From Flaccisagitta enflata (taxonomy: Eukaryota), in the NCBI GenBank assembly GCA_965153355.1, contig OZ231126.1, positions 8,494,001 to 8,558,000 of the forward strand: a DNA stretch of 64,000 nucleotides, in the 5' to 3' direction. A program made the position numbers and the translations under genes. The notes beneath the pieces were generated by a model. The model did no database searches, was not told the origin of the DNA, and saw only the letters and a program-made list of their open reading frames with translations. Below, in pieces: positions 22,915 through 36,413 of this stretch. The stretch's first letter is position 1; each line of letters starts with the position of its first letter.

Positions 22915-23597
22915 TTTCTAGTCGCGTGCTACGCGACTCTATACCCCGCTATGTCGGTCCGTCGGTTGATCGGGCGGTCGGGCGGTCGGTCGGTTGGTTG
23001 GGCAGCAGCCCCAAAGGGGCCGATGACCTATGCTTTCACACAGGAGAAAATTCTCCTCCTTCTCCTTCTTCTTCTCCTCCTACTCCGTCCACCCCCTCGA
23101 CCTGCTTTAAAGCCCAAAATCTAGCCTCGAGGCTCAATTACTAGCGTGAGGCTCGAATTCCAGCCTTGAGGCTCAAATTTCAGCTACTAGCCTCAAATTT
23201 CAGCCTTTAATCTTAAAATCCAGCCTCAAGGCTCAAACTGAGCCTCAAAGCCCAGAATCCAGCCTTGAGGCTAAATATCCAGCCAGATGGCCCCAATTCC
23301 AGCCTCCAAGCTCAAATTGCAGCCTCTAGGCTCAAGTCCCAATATAAAGCCTCCAAAATAACTAAGCATAGGTCATCGGCCCCTTTGGGGCCGCTGCCCC
23401 TCTCACCATCGCACATCCACACACACTCACAGGGGCAACGGTTACCGCTGACCATCTAACGCTTTTGCGACTTACTTTTTCGGCGTTTTTAGCTTTTTGA
23501 GCATACGGCTCCTGCCCAGATGCCCTAGTGACCTTCTCCAGCACTTCTCCTGCCCACCTGCACGCGACTAGGGTAGCCGTGTATCAGGCCTTGTTTT
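22915..23597 (+). mobile_element. Family-1 HINE containing a nested family-2 HINE (~22999-23460)
   Basis: Family-1 ends present; GGGCAGCAGCCCCAAAGGGGCCGATGACCTATGC inverted pair inside. Confidence 0.7.
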
Positions 23598-23599
23598 GT

Positions 23600-23880
23600 C
23601 TTGCGTGTACGGGCAGGAACTTTAGCTATGGCGGCCCCGACAACAGCAAGCGTTGCTTGAGAGTGGTCTTCACTTTGCTTTCCATAGTTGCAATAGAGAA
23701 ACGTGCTCCGGAACTTATGCTCAGTTGCGGCATTGTCTACAAGATGATGAGCAAATTTGTGCAGTTTCTGGTAAACGGGTTCTCCGACCAGGTTTCAATC
23801 GGTTCATCGAGCTCGCTGTAGTCGACTCCGAGTGTAGCGAAAAAGTGTGTGGCAATTGTTCACAAATTCAAAATGCAAGC

Positions 23881-23911
<31 letters not shown>

Positions 23912-24369
23912 CGCGCGCGTGCGTGCGTGCGTGCGTGCGTGCGTGTGTGTGTGTACAATTTGAAATTAAACGAACAATATGGTAGATTCTTATTTTACCA
24001 ATGTAAATTTTTGAGTGAAAAAAATCTTTCAATGTTTCTGTGAATGTTCAAATCTGACCACTCATGGTCGGTAAAGGTGGCTACAGCATCATCACTGGTA
24101 TCTAAATCAATCATCTGGTAGGCTTTTAGCTGGTATTTGCTTATTGATTCATTGGAAGTCACGGTATAGCTCCAATTTCTTGAAGAAAACCAGAAACTGA
24201 GTGGCAGATAACACTCACTTATAATAATCCAGGCGTCATGAAATGAGTCCAAAGTGTCATTTATGACTGTAATTAGTGTAACCCATGTAAACATGAGCCA
24301 ATCCATATGCAGGAAGCCATATTCTAACATTTCAGCTGTTTCCGAATTAGTACCCCATGGCCCCACCAC
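23600..24369 (-). pseudogene. Degenerate hATm-like transposase, C-terminal remnants
   Basis: Minus-strand fragments YLPLSFWF...LKAYQMID...AVATFTDHEW; FFATLGVD...PIETW; then after a frameshift YQKLHKFAHHLVDNAATE...EDHSQATLAVV; recognised by eye. Confidence 0.55.
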
Positions 24370-26750
24370 AATTCACTTTGGGTGCACTACTAGTCAGAGA
24401 CAACCGCGTTTTAACGGGCCACTCGGTCGCTCGCTAAGTTCGTTCGCTTGCACCACTCACTTCACTCACTTGCTCCGCAGCTCTTTGCTTTGCTACGCTC
24501 GCTGGCTTGGTTCATGGGCTCGCTCACTCACTTCGATCGATCCCTCGTGGGACGGTTGCAATCCTTGATTATGTGTTCAACTGTTCATGTTGTAATCACA
24601 GAAAGAAACGCGTTTTTGAACAGACAGACCTACGCAGCATTTGTGAGTTGGGGATGGACAGAGCCGCTTACCGGTTGCAACATTGCAGTCTGCAGAAAAC
24701 ATTTTGACGCAAGTTGTGACAAAGAGAGATGCGACATGGCAAAAAACAAGGCCGGATCAACAGCTACCGAAGGCGCGTGTGGGTGAACAGGGGCAGTGAT
24801 GAAAAGGCTAACCCAAACATTTGGGCAGGAGCAGTAATGCGAAAATGTTCCATAAACGTCAAAAACGCAAACATTGACAGACGGACCGACAGATTGACAG
24901 ACATAGCCGGTTATAGAGTTGCATGCACGCAACTAAAAATCATGATTCAAAGCGTTTTTAGCCAAACCAAATGTGGCGCATTGCTCGGGAGTAGCATTCA
25001 ATTACACATGGAGACTCCTGTTTTACAAAGTTAGGCTAGATACACGGCTGCCCGAGTCGCGTGCAAGTGGGCAGGGGCACTGATAAAAAGGTCACTAAGG
25101 CATTGAGGCACGACCAGTGAACAATAAAAGCTCAAAAATGCGGAAAAAATATAAAGAGGACTGACTGACTGACCAACAGACCGATAGACGGACGGACGGA
25201 CGGACGGACGGACGAAGCGGAGGCAGAGTCGCGTAGCACACACCTAAAAATACATTCTGAACCACTTTCCAGAATGCGCTACCGCTAATCTAGTCTCAAA
25301 AAACATTTTTCCGCTGACCGGAAGTGACGCGCGCCATTTTGACGTCATTTTTTTGCCACTTATGGTCGTCAAAAAGTTTTTTTGACGCAAAATTTGGATT
25401 CTACATTGAATTCTGCATCGCATTGGGTAGTCAGCTCAGATTTTCTCTTCAAAGGAAGAAGCTTATTCATGTATAAAAGTAGATTTTATAAAGAATCTTG
25501 AAAATTACTTGGTCAATCTAACCTGGCTTGTAGTCCTTGACGCATTATTTTTTCCGTTGACAGGATATTAAAAGTTAAGGACTTATTCTGATTGTTATAT
25601 CATAATAACACATCTGGTCATCTTTTAAGCCGGTGGTTGAGGGGTTTTCACCACTTTTTGATAATTTCCCGACGTCTATTGAACAGCTTCATGTTGAAAT
25701 TATGCTAAAAAAACTAAAATTTGACCAAAAAAACACCAATTTTTGAGTTTTCTTACATGAAAACACTATTTCAAGGTCCCTGAATCAAATTTTTTTTTTT
25801 GAAAATGGTTAGTCAGGCATCTTGAGAGATCCCAGAAAAAATTTCAGCAGATATTTCCAAAAAATGGCCGAGTTATTACGGTTCAAAATGACCTGGTAAA
25901 TGAAAAAAAAACACAATTTTGTAACTTCAAGGCTGTAGAACTGAAAAATTATACTAAAACTACCTGGAAAATAGACATATTTAAAAGAAAATGCATGGGG
26001 AATCCATTACTGGTGGTTTGGGGGCTCTACAAGGGGGCCCCTGGAAACACCCCCCCAAAAAAAGCTAAAAATGGCCTATTTTGGCTATTTTTTGTAAAAA
26101 TTTCTTGTTTAAAGAGACCCAATCCTTCCAAATTTTTTTTGGGCTATACTTCTTGATGTAAGAGACTGATGGAAAGAGAATCATGATGGTAGGTGATGGT
26201 TGGGGTACCTAATAGAGCGGTTTCTACATGACCTAATTTTCTCGCTTTCTACGGCATCAAATGGGGACTTCCATTACGTCCACTGAGCATAACTCTCAAA
26301 GCTTTTGCCTCTAGGAGATCGAGGAAACTGTCCGGAATAAGATCTAAGGATGAAAGAAATGGGTGGAAATGTTACCATTTTTTTTAAGTCTTAATGTAAA
26401 TGCCATACTATTTCTTGTGTCCAATACCGTTAAATGAAGGTAAAACATCAAGAATGGCGTTGCCAAAAAAAGGGGTCCGTGTCAGTGGGCAGGGGCAGTG
26501 AGGAAATAGGTGACAAAAGAACTGTGGCAGGATCCGCAAGGAAAAATCTCAAGATTAAGAAAAAAAATAAGTGACGGGTGCAGATGGCTAAACTTATGGA
26601 CTGACCATCCGACCTATATAGTTATGTGCGTATCACTGATTATAACAGTTAGACAAGTTACAAGGCCCCAAATTTTTTTCTGGTTAAACAGATCTAACAC
26701 AAACACATCTAACATTTGAAATTGACCAATTCTTTGAAACTTGATGATAC

Positions 26751-26783
<33 letters not shown>

Positions 26784-26867
26784 CGGTTGTTGTTGTTGTT
26801 GCGGTTGTTGTTGTGTTTGTTGACATTTATTCACACCGATTGTGGATCTTCTTTTTCCCCTATTGCG

Positions 26868-26939
<72 letters not shown>

Positions 26940-27094
26940 TTGTTGTTGTTGTTGTTTTTGTTGTTGTCAATGCTATTGTAGTTCAGTTCTTTCCGTAGTT
27001 TCTTTCCTCTCCGATTGTCACATTGTTGTTGTTGACTACTATCTGGCTCAAAAGTATAGACACAAGCGTTTTGGGCAATATCTCCACTCAGAAT

Positions 27095-27342
27095 AAACAA
27101 GGCCGGATACACGGCTACCCCAGTCGTGTGTGGGTGGGCAGGGGCCGTATTTGAGGTCACTTGATCACTTGGGCAGGAGCAGTGAGGCCGTAGACTGCAA
27201 AAAACCAAAAAAAGTAAAGTGTGACGTATGGACGGACCAACGGACGGCCCAACGGACGGCCCAACGGACCGATGGACCGACGGACGGACGGACGGACGGA
27301 CCAACAAAGCGGGGTGTTGAGTCGCGTAACACACGACTAAAA
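27095..27342 (-). mobile_element. Family-1 HINE
   Basis: AACAAGGCCGGATACACGGC...(GACG)n...AGTCGCGTAACACACGACTAAAA. Confidence 0.82.
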
Positions 27343-28478
27343 ATCGATAAAGAAATTGGTGAGATTCAGAAACTAGATCAAATTTCTGATCAAATGGCAC
27401 CAACCGCGTTTTTCCAAGTCCGAGCTTTTAGAAATGACAGATGAAACAAGATTGCTACTCCAAATCAAAAATGGCAAAAACATGGCAGTTAGTTGATAGA
27501 AGATGGCGCTCTAATACATTAATATTATAATGATTTGAGAATATAAATCATTTTGCTCTTTACGGTCAGTCTTGTCTCTCAAATCACTCCTTTGCAATGA
27601 TGCCCTTGCCCTTGTCATTTATTTCACTGCCCCTGCCTACTTCCTCTGCCCTTCTGCTCGAGAAACATGCGTTTACCTTTAGAGATCAGGATAGATTTGA
27701 AGGTTGAAAATCACCCTTAAGGGGGAAAATGATATTTTGTAGATTTAACATAAACGAGCACCGCCCCAAACGGAAAAAGAATACAACAACCAAATTGATT
27801 CCTTATTAAAGAGTAGTCAATGATCTTACAAACGCGATCCATTTGGAATATGCAGCTTCAATTATTTAGGGGATGTAAGCTGGAGATGTATTACTTAATG
27901 AGGTGCTGAGAATCTAAATCATGCTAAGTCATTCTGTAAGTCTCGCACGTGACACTGGGTGTGTTTCTAGTGACCGCCAAAAACGCGTTTGTTCCTGTGA
28001 AACGCGATCACAGCATGAACACATATTCAAGAATTTCAACTGTCCCACGAGGGAGTGAGCAAAGTGAGTAAGCGAGCCCGTGAATAGAAAGAGCGAGCGA
28101 AGCCAGCGTAGCGAAGTGAGCGTAGCGAAGCGGAGTGCTGCAAAGCAAGTGAGCGGAGTGAGCGGTGCAAGCGAACAAATGTAGCGAGCGACTGAGTGGC
28201 CCGTTTAAAACGCGATTGTCTGTGACTAGAAATGCCCCCTTATCTTAGCCCAAAATTTATTACTAATGCAATAAAAAAGATATTCCACTTTGTCAGGAGT
28301 CTTGACAATTTTATACAACCTAGGGTTTATTCCTGGACCCCGTGATTTTTCAATTCATAGCATCATCTTTGAAATAGTGCTGCTTCTAAATGAATTAAGG
28401 TACAGCAACCGGACTGCTGGTGCCAAATCAAAATGCGTTTGAAAGAAGCGAGCTCTCAAAGTTAAAAGGGTTTTTGCC

Positions 28479-28637
28479 TTATTAGTTGCGGACACGCAAC
28501 TCTATGAGAGGCTTTGTCTTTCCGTCCGTCTGTCCGTCCGTCCGTCACCATCGAGTCGAAAAGTGGGAAAACGCGCATTTCCGCCCCTGCCCACCCGTCC
28601 GCAACTGATGGCCGTGTATCCGGCCTTGTTTTTTTTA
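28479..28637 (+). mobile_element. HINE (AGTTGCGGAC subTIR subfamily)
   Basis: TAGTTGCGGACACGCAACT...GTCCGCAACT GATGGCCGTGTATCCGGCCTTGTT; relatives at 22500-22740, 58271-58445, 59566-59729. Confidence 0.8.
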
Positions 28638-30904
28638 ACTTTGGAAGACTTCTGCTCCTCAGCAAATTGAGCTACAGACCTCAACTTGGGCTCATTTTAA
28701 AGAGCCGTGTCTGCTCTTTAAAATAAGCTCAAGTTGATCTCAATCACTCAATTCATTAGGGAGAAATAAGCTTAAGAAGTTGTAAGGGTATTTGCCACTG
28801 ATCAGAAAAAAAATCAACTTCTAGAGCTTATATCTCTAAAACGAATTGAGCAATTGAGCTCAACTTAAGCTCTTTTTAAAGAGCTGTGTCTGCTCTTTAA
28901 AATGAGCCCAAGTTGAGATCAATCGCTCAATTCGTTTAGGAGATATAAGCTTTAGAAGTTACCTTCTTCTTATGCAAAAGGCTGATAATGGCCTGTTCCA
29001 CCCATCCATCCTGACATGAAGCTGTATCAAAATTCGCTCTGCCAAACATTTAAATTCCTTTTGAACATTGATAGTTAACCCAAATAGTGTACAAAACCGG
29101 CACAAAAACCAGAGTATTCTCAATTTTAACCCCAGGTCTAGGTATGACACTTGTGACTGACTTTCAAGAAAATGATAAAATTATCAACCATTTTCCTTCT
29201 TTCTAAATTGTATTCCGGACAGTTTTCAGTGTCTTCTAGAAGCAAAAGCTTTGAGAGTTATGTTCTGTGAACGTGATGGAAGTCCCCATTTAATGCCGTA
29301 AAAAGCGAGAAAATTAGGTGACGTAGTGACCACTCTAGTACCTAAAAAGGCCCAAAAAGGGCCCGTAAAACTTAAAGATATCATTTTTTTATTCACTGCG
29401 CGTCCAAAAATTAACAGTGAGCTTTTTGCATTAAATGCAAAGTTCTATTTCAATTTTTTGAAGAAATCCAAGCATTTTTGAAGCATAATGAATAAGAAAT
29501 TTGTATCATTGTTTTATCACCCGTTTTTGGGCCTTTCAGGTACCCCAAACATCACCTACCATCATGATTCTTTTTTTCAGTCTCTTTCATCAAGAAGTAT
29601 TCTTACCTTAAAATTTAGAAGGTTGGAGTCTCATTGATGAATTTCTTTTTACCAAATATAACAAAAACAGGCCATTTATGGCAAGTCTTTTTGGTGCGTT
29701 TCTAGGGGCCCCTTATAGGGCCCTTAAACCATCTGAAATAGATTCACCATGCATTTTTAAATACATTTAACTTTTTTCCAGGTACTCATAGTAGATTTTT
29801 TCATGCAAACAGCCTCTTTACTTTTTTCATTAACCAGGTCATTTTAAACAGTACTAGCATTTTTTAAAAATATCTGCTTAAATTTTTTCTGGGACCTTTT
29901 AAGATTCCTGAGAAACCATTAAGAAAAAACAAGGCCAACACCTATAAGTTGCGTGCGAGACATAGATAACTTATGATGACTCAAATTGACTTAAAATGAC
30001 TTAAGATGACTAAAAATAACTTAAAAAGACATAAAATGATGATAAATGACTTATACAACTAAATTGACCAAATTGACATAAGCGACTTTATATAATGTAA
30101 AATGACTCAAAATGACTTACAATGACTTACGATAACTTAGAATGACTTAGAATGACTAAAAATGACCTAAAATAACTAAGAATAACTAAAAGTAATAAAA
30201 AGAATAATGTTTGACCAACGGACTGACGGACAGACAGAGGGATGGACAGAGGGACGGACAGAGGGACGGACAAAAATTGGACGGACAGAGGGACGGACAA
30301 AAATTGGATTCCATGACCTTGAAATAGTGTCTACATGTGAGAAAACTAAAAAATTGGCTTATTTAGGGGCAAATTTTTTTTTTTACATAAAATGAGAATC
30401 TCTATTTCAAATTTTTTTGGAATCCAAGCATTTTTGGACGCGCAGTGAAAAAAAAATGATATCTTTAAGTTTTACGGGCCCTTTCGGGCCTTTTTAGGTA
30501 CCCCAACCATCATCTACCATCATGATTCTCTTTCCATCAGTCTCTTACATCAAGAAGTATAGCCCAAAAAAATTTGGAAGGATTGGGTCTCTTTAAACAA
30601 GAAAATTTTTCAAGAAATGGCCAAAATAGGCCATTTTTAGCTTTTTTTTGGGGTGTGTTTCCAGGGGCCCCCTTGTAGAGCCCCCAAACCACCAGTAATA
30701 GATTCCCCATGCATTTTCTTTTTAATTTGTCTATTTTCCAGGTAGTTTTAGTATAATTTTTCAGTTCTACAGCCTTGAAGTTACAAAATTGTGTTTTTTT
30801 TTCATTTACCAGGTCATTTTGAACCGTAATAACTCGGCCATTTTTTGGAAATATCTGCTGAAATTTTTTCTGGGATCTCTCAAGATGCATGACTAACCAT
30901 TTTC

Positions 30905-31330
30905 AAAAAAACAAGCCCAAGAGGGCAACAGTCGCGTGCGTCTGGAAATGACAAACAAAAGAGCAAAAACAAGTTGAAATGTTAAGAATGTTAGAAAAAG
31001 TTAAAGAATGTTAAAAAATGTTAAAAAGTGTTAAAAAAACTTAGAAATGTTAAGAAATTTGATAAAATGTTAAAAAAATGTTAAAAAATGTTAAAAAATG
31101 TTAAAAAATGTTAAAAAATGTTAAAAAATGTTAAAAAATGTTAAAAAATGTTAAAAAATGTTAAAAAATATTTAAAAAATGTTTAAAAATGTTAGAAAAT
31201 GTTCAAACATGTTAAAAAACGTTAAAACACGTTAGAACGATAAAATATTTAGAAATATTTGTTTCGGACGGACCGACCGACCGACCGACCGACAGACCAA
31301 GGTGTAGAGTCGCGTGCACGCGACTAAAAA
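30905..31330 (-). mobile_element. HINE with (AAAAATGTT)n minisatellite, inserted in the right foldback arm
   Basis: Absent from the matching left arm (~25790); HINE ends AACAAGCCC...AGTCGCGTG and GCACGCGACTAAAA. Confidence 0.8.
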
Positions 31331-31906
31331 TAGGATTCAGGGACCTTGAAATAGTGTTTTCATGTAAGAATACTCAAATAATGGTTTTTTTTTGGTCGAA
31401 TTTTGTTTTTTGGAGCATAATTTCAACATGAAGCTGTTCAAAAGCGGCCACAAAACTTTGCAGGAAGCTTGTTGCATAAAATAAGAAGTTCCATTTCAAA
31501 TTTTGTAGGAATCCAAGCATTTTTAGACGCGCAATGAATAAAAAAGTGATATTTCTATGTTTTACGGGCCCTTTTTGGGCCTTTTTAGATACCCCAACCA
31601 TCACTTACCATCATAATCATTTTTTTTTCAGTCTCTTACATCAAGAAGTATTACCACCAAAAAAATTTGGGGGTTGGGGTCTCATAAAGCAAAAAATTTT
31701 CAACAAAAATAGCCAAAATAGGCTATTTTTGGCTGTTTTTTTTGGTGCGTTTCTAGGGGCCCCCTCGTAGGGCCCTAAAAACATCAAAAATGGATTCCTG
31801 ATGCAATTTTACATAGAAATCACTTTTTTTTTTGCCACCCTCAACGATTTTTTTTTTCTTACAAGAAATAACGCAGCTAGCTGAAGATATGCATGTGAGG
31901 GATTTA

Positions 31907-32010
31907 CAGTCGTGCCAACCCGGCCTTTCCTATACTTATGTACAGGAGTTTCCTCTTTCTCTTCCTTCTCCCTATTTAATACAACGCAAATAATGGATGT
32001 GGCACAACTG
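31907..32010. mobile_element. Tiny Tc1/mariner-like MITE
   Basis: TA-CAGTCGTGCCA...TGGCACAACTG-TA. Confidence 0.5.
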
Positions 32011-32554
32011 TAAATGATATGGTGCAACCCCTTTTTAGGCAGCGGCCCTAAAGGGCCGATGTCCTCTAGAACACGGGGAATTACCAGACGTCCGTCCGTC
32101 CATCCTTCCATCCATCCTTCAGTCCGTCCCCCCCTGTTGGCCATCAAGGTCTCAAAGATGCCCTTCCATTCCTCAATTTAGCCCTCCAGGCCTCAAGTCA
32201 GCCTTCCAGGCTTCAAGTCAACCCCCCCAGCCTTAAATCTGACCTTAGAGCTCAAATCTGCCCTCTAGACCTTCAATTAGCCCTCCAAGCATCAAATCAG
32301 CCCTCCAAGCCTTAATTCTGCCCTCCAGCTTTCCAATATGCCTTCAATGGCCTAAATCAGGCATCCAAGGCCTAAAATATGCCCCCCAGGACGTCTGGAA
32401 ATTTCCCCCCTGTGTTCTGCCCTGCTCTCACTCCACTTCTTCACTTGATCACTCCCACTCGCTGACCATGTGCGATCCTTGGATGACTAGTTCCTTTATA
32501 CAGTGGGGCCTTATGTCCGAGTGGCGTTTCCAAAGTTGTTGATACCAACCCCCC

Positions 32555-33402
32555 ACTCCACATGCCCCTACTCCACATGTCCACACTCCACCTCCCCACA
32601 TTCCACATGCCCTCTCTCCACATGCCCACACTGAAACCCGCTTCTCAGATCTAAGTCACACTTTCTTTCCAATTCTCCCTCATCGATGCAACTCCACATA
32701 ACCACACTTCAGATCTCCAGACGCCACATCCCCACACTCCACATGCTCACAATCCACATGATCACACGCTTCCCAGATCTAAGTCAGACTTTCTTTACGA
32801 CTTTCTCTCGTCAATGCAACTCCATATGTCCACACTCCACATGCCCACACTCCACATGCCCACACTGAAACCCGCTTCTCAGATCTAAGTCACACTTTCT
32901 TTCCAATTCTCCCTCATCGATGCAACTCCACATAACCACACTTCAGATCTCCAGACGCCACATCCCCACACTCCACATGCTCACAATCCACATGATCACA
33001 CGCTTCCCAGATCTAAGTCAGACTTTCTTTACGACTTTCTCTCGTCAATGCAACTCCATATGTCCACACTCCACATGCCCACACTCCACATGCCCACACT
33101 GAAACCCGCTTCTCAGATCTAAGTCACACTTTCTTTCCAATTCTCCCTCATCGATGCAACTCCACATAACCACACTTCAGATCTCCAGATACCACATCCC
33201 CACATTCCACATGCTCACAATCCACATGATCACACGCTTCTCAGATCTAAGTCTTTCGACTTTCTCTCGTCAATGCAACTCCATATGTCCACACTCAACA
33301 TGCCCACACTCCACATGCCCTCTCTCCCCATGCCCACGCTGAAACCCGCTTCTCAGATCTAAGTCACACTTTCTCTCTGATTCTCCCTCGTCAATGCAAC
33401 TC
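32555..33402. repeat. 234-bp tandem repeat (~3.5 copies) built on CCACATGCCCACACT subunits
   Basis: CTGAAACCCG at 32631, 32865, 33099 and 33339. Confidence 0.92.
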
Positions 33403-33514
33403 AGTTCTCCGCCGGGCATCGTTTAAAATGTTAGTCCCCGGTCTCTTTCAAGTTGAGTCAGGCTGTCCCTATCAATTGCTTGACTTTCTGTCTTCCTGCC
33501 TCTCTGTCTGCCTC

Positions 33515-33589
<75 letters not shown>

Positions 33590-33918
33590 AATATTTTCGT
33601 TTTCCACAGTTTTTTTTATCCTTCCCCTCTTTTTGATTTCACTCGAGGGCTTTTGGAGTTTTCCAATTTCAAAATAAACGCCACTTTCTTAAAAAGAGAG
33701 AAAAATAGTCGCTTAAACGTTTGATGGTCAGCGGTACTTGATGCAATTAGGTTGGTGTAGTCGCTAAAGCTTTGATGGTCAGCGGGACCCAATGCAACTA
33801 GGTTGGTGTATGTGGACATGAGATGGAGAGAGGGGCAGCGGCCTGATGGGACTAATGACCTTGGAGAAATTTCCCATATGTGGAATAGGTCATCGGCCCC
33901 TTCGAGGCCACTGCCCAA

Positions 33919-34252
<334 letters not shown>

Positions 34253-35128
34253 GAAGAATAAATTCACCATTCTTTTTGTATCCCGGCACAATTTGGGTTC
34301 AATATCCTGTTTTTAGTCGCTTGCTAAGCGACTCTTTAAGAGGGTGTGTCCATGGGTTTGTCCGTCCGTCCACCGTCTGTCCGTAACCGGAAAGTTTGAG
34401 TGACGCGAAATTGGCAGGAAAAGTAATTTCTGAATATTTCTGTCCCTGCCCAGCCACATTACGGCACCTGCTCACTTACATACTACCCTGCCCACCTGCG
34501 CCACTGCCCCTACCCATCCGCAAGCGACTACCTACTAGCCGTGTATCCGGCCTTGTTTTCTTAGTAGCGGACTATATTGGTCCGTCAGTCCATCCGTCAG
34601 TTCATCGACCGATCTGAAATATCATTGAAAGTTTGTCTTTTTCATAGCGTTAATGGTCATTGTAAAGTACGCAAGTGTGAAATACAACTGACAAAAGACT
34701 GACAAAAGACAGACTCATTTTTCTATTGTTAAGTCAGTAAATACCATCATGCTCATAAATAAAAAGGTAATTGACTAAGGAATGAGGTTTTTACTAAACA
34801 AATGAAGCTCGATAAACCAGATTGGCCCCATTTAGAAGAGCTGTTCAGATTCTTTCAAATGCGACCAATCTGGAGTCAGTGGCCATTTTTGTTAAAGACA
34901 AAGTAGTTCTTAAGACATTGTTATATCTGATTCATCAGCTTTAGAAAGATTGTATACAGACAAAAACATTAACAAGTCTGATTCTGATTGAATGCGTTAA
35001 AGAATAAAAAAGCACACTTAAATTTTTAGGCCGTTGAATTGAACCTCATTTGTCGGTCTTTCTTTCCGTCTGCTTGTCTGTCTGTCTGTCTGTTTGTCTC
35101 TTTCTGCCTCCGTCTCTGGTTTTTGTCT

Positions 35129-35182
<54 letters not shown>

Positions 35183-35408
35183 GCTTTTCCTCATACAAAG
35201 GTAATGGGTGTATGAATAAAAGATATCATTCCTCAAAAATACATTTCTTTTCTTTGGGCATCAAGACCAGTCCACTTTTCAACAATTGCCAAAAAAGGAG
35301 TTTGTTTTTCTCAATTTTTCGTCCATATTTTTTCACTCCAGAGCCATGCATCATCTCTTTTCTTTCAATTGTCACTCAAAACTTGAGAAAAACGGAAGAA
35401 AAATGAGT

Positions 35409-35993
35409 CTGGGAGTTTCTAGTCAAAGATAATCGCGTTTTCAACGGGCCACTCGGTCGCTCGCTACGTTCGTTCGCTCTCACCGCTCACCGCTCACGGC
35501 TCACTTGCTTTGCAGCGCCCCGCTTTGCTACGCTCACTTCGCTACGCTCATTTCGCTACGATCACTTCGCTACGATCACTTCGCTACGCTCACTTCACTA
35601 CGCTCACTTCGCTATGCTCACTTCGCTGCGCTCACTTTGCTACGCTCACTTCACTACGCTCACTTCACTACGCTTACTTTGCTAGGCTCACTTCGCTATG
35701 CTGACTCTGCTAAACTCACTTCGCTACGCTCACTTCGCTACGCTCACTTTGCTACGCTCACTTTGCTACGCTCACTTCGCTACGCTCACTTCGCTACGCT
35801 CACTTCGCTACGCTCACTTCGCTACGCTCACTTCGCTACGCTCACTTCGCTACGCTCACTTCGCTACACTCACTTCGCTACACTCACTTCGCTCTCTCCC
35901 TGGTGGGACAGTAGAATCTAAAGATATGTGTTCACGCTGTAAATGCGTTCAATGGGAACAAGCGCTTTTTTCATCTTAACTAGAAACACACCC
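35409..35993. mobile_element. MITE copy with an expanded 14-bp minisatellite (CGCTACGCTCACTT)n
   Basis: Same ends and body as 15666-15924 in reverse orientation; about 26 units at 35525-35893. Confidence 0.8.
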
Positions 35994-36290
35994 ACAGAGT
36001 TTGGGAGTTTCCGAAGGCGATGAATTTTCGATTGTCGAGTCAAACGCAGATCTGGAAACGCTTTTTAAAGCCCCTCAAAATATATAAAAGGCTTTTCAAA
36101 ATCTGTAATGTTACAAAATGCATTGGTTGAACAATGAACAGTGACATACAGTTGAGGTTCAATAGAGCGCATGTCAAGAGATTCAGCGAAACTGTGACTA
36201 ATAGTGAAGCTGCGTTCAGACCTCTTGATTTTGGAGCAGCGGGCAGCGGCGCTTCTCGGCAGGGAAACAGAGATGTCGGCAGGTCTCGAT

Positions 36291-36326
<36 letters not shown>

Positions 36327-36348
36327 AGAAGAAGAAGAAGAAGAAGAA

Positions 36349-36413
<65 letters not shown>

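Larger units (their letters stand above)
20958..25678 (-). mobile_element. hAT (hATm-like) element with long TIRs, decayed
   Basis: TAGACGTCGGGAAATTATCAAAAAG...CTTTTTGATAATTTCCCGACGTCTA, TIRs over 200 bp; 8-bp TSD TTGAACAG. Confidence 0.88.
26213..29337. mobile_element. Non-autonomous hAT-type element (TAG...CTA) with ~130-bp TIRs
   Basis: TAGAGCGGTTTCTACATGACC...GGTGACGTAGTGACCACTCTA; 8-bp TSD GTACCTAA; a related right end lies at ~60443-60486. Confidence 0.85.
20507..31890. mobile_element. Foldback-like non-autonomous DNA element with ~1-kb modular inverted arms
   Basis: ATATCTTCAGCTAG...CTAGCTGAAGATAT; left arm 20507-20957 + 25687-26212 + 29346-29411 is the reverse complement of 30430-30910 + 31331-31890. 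Confidence 0.8.
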
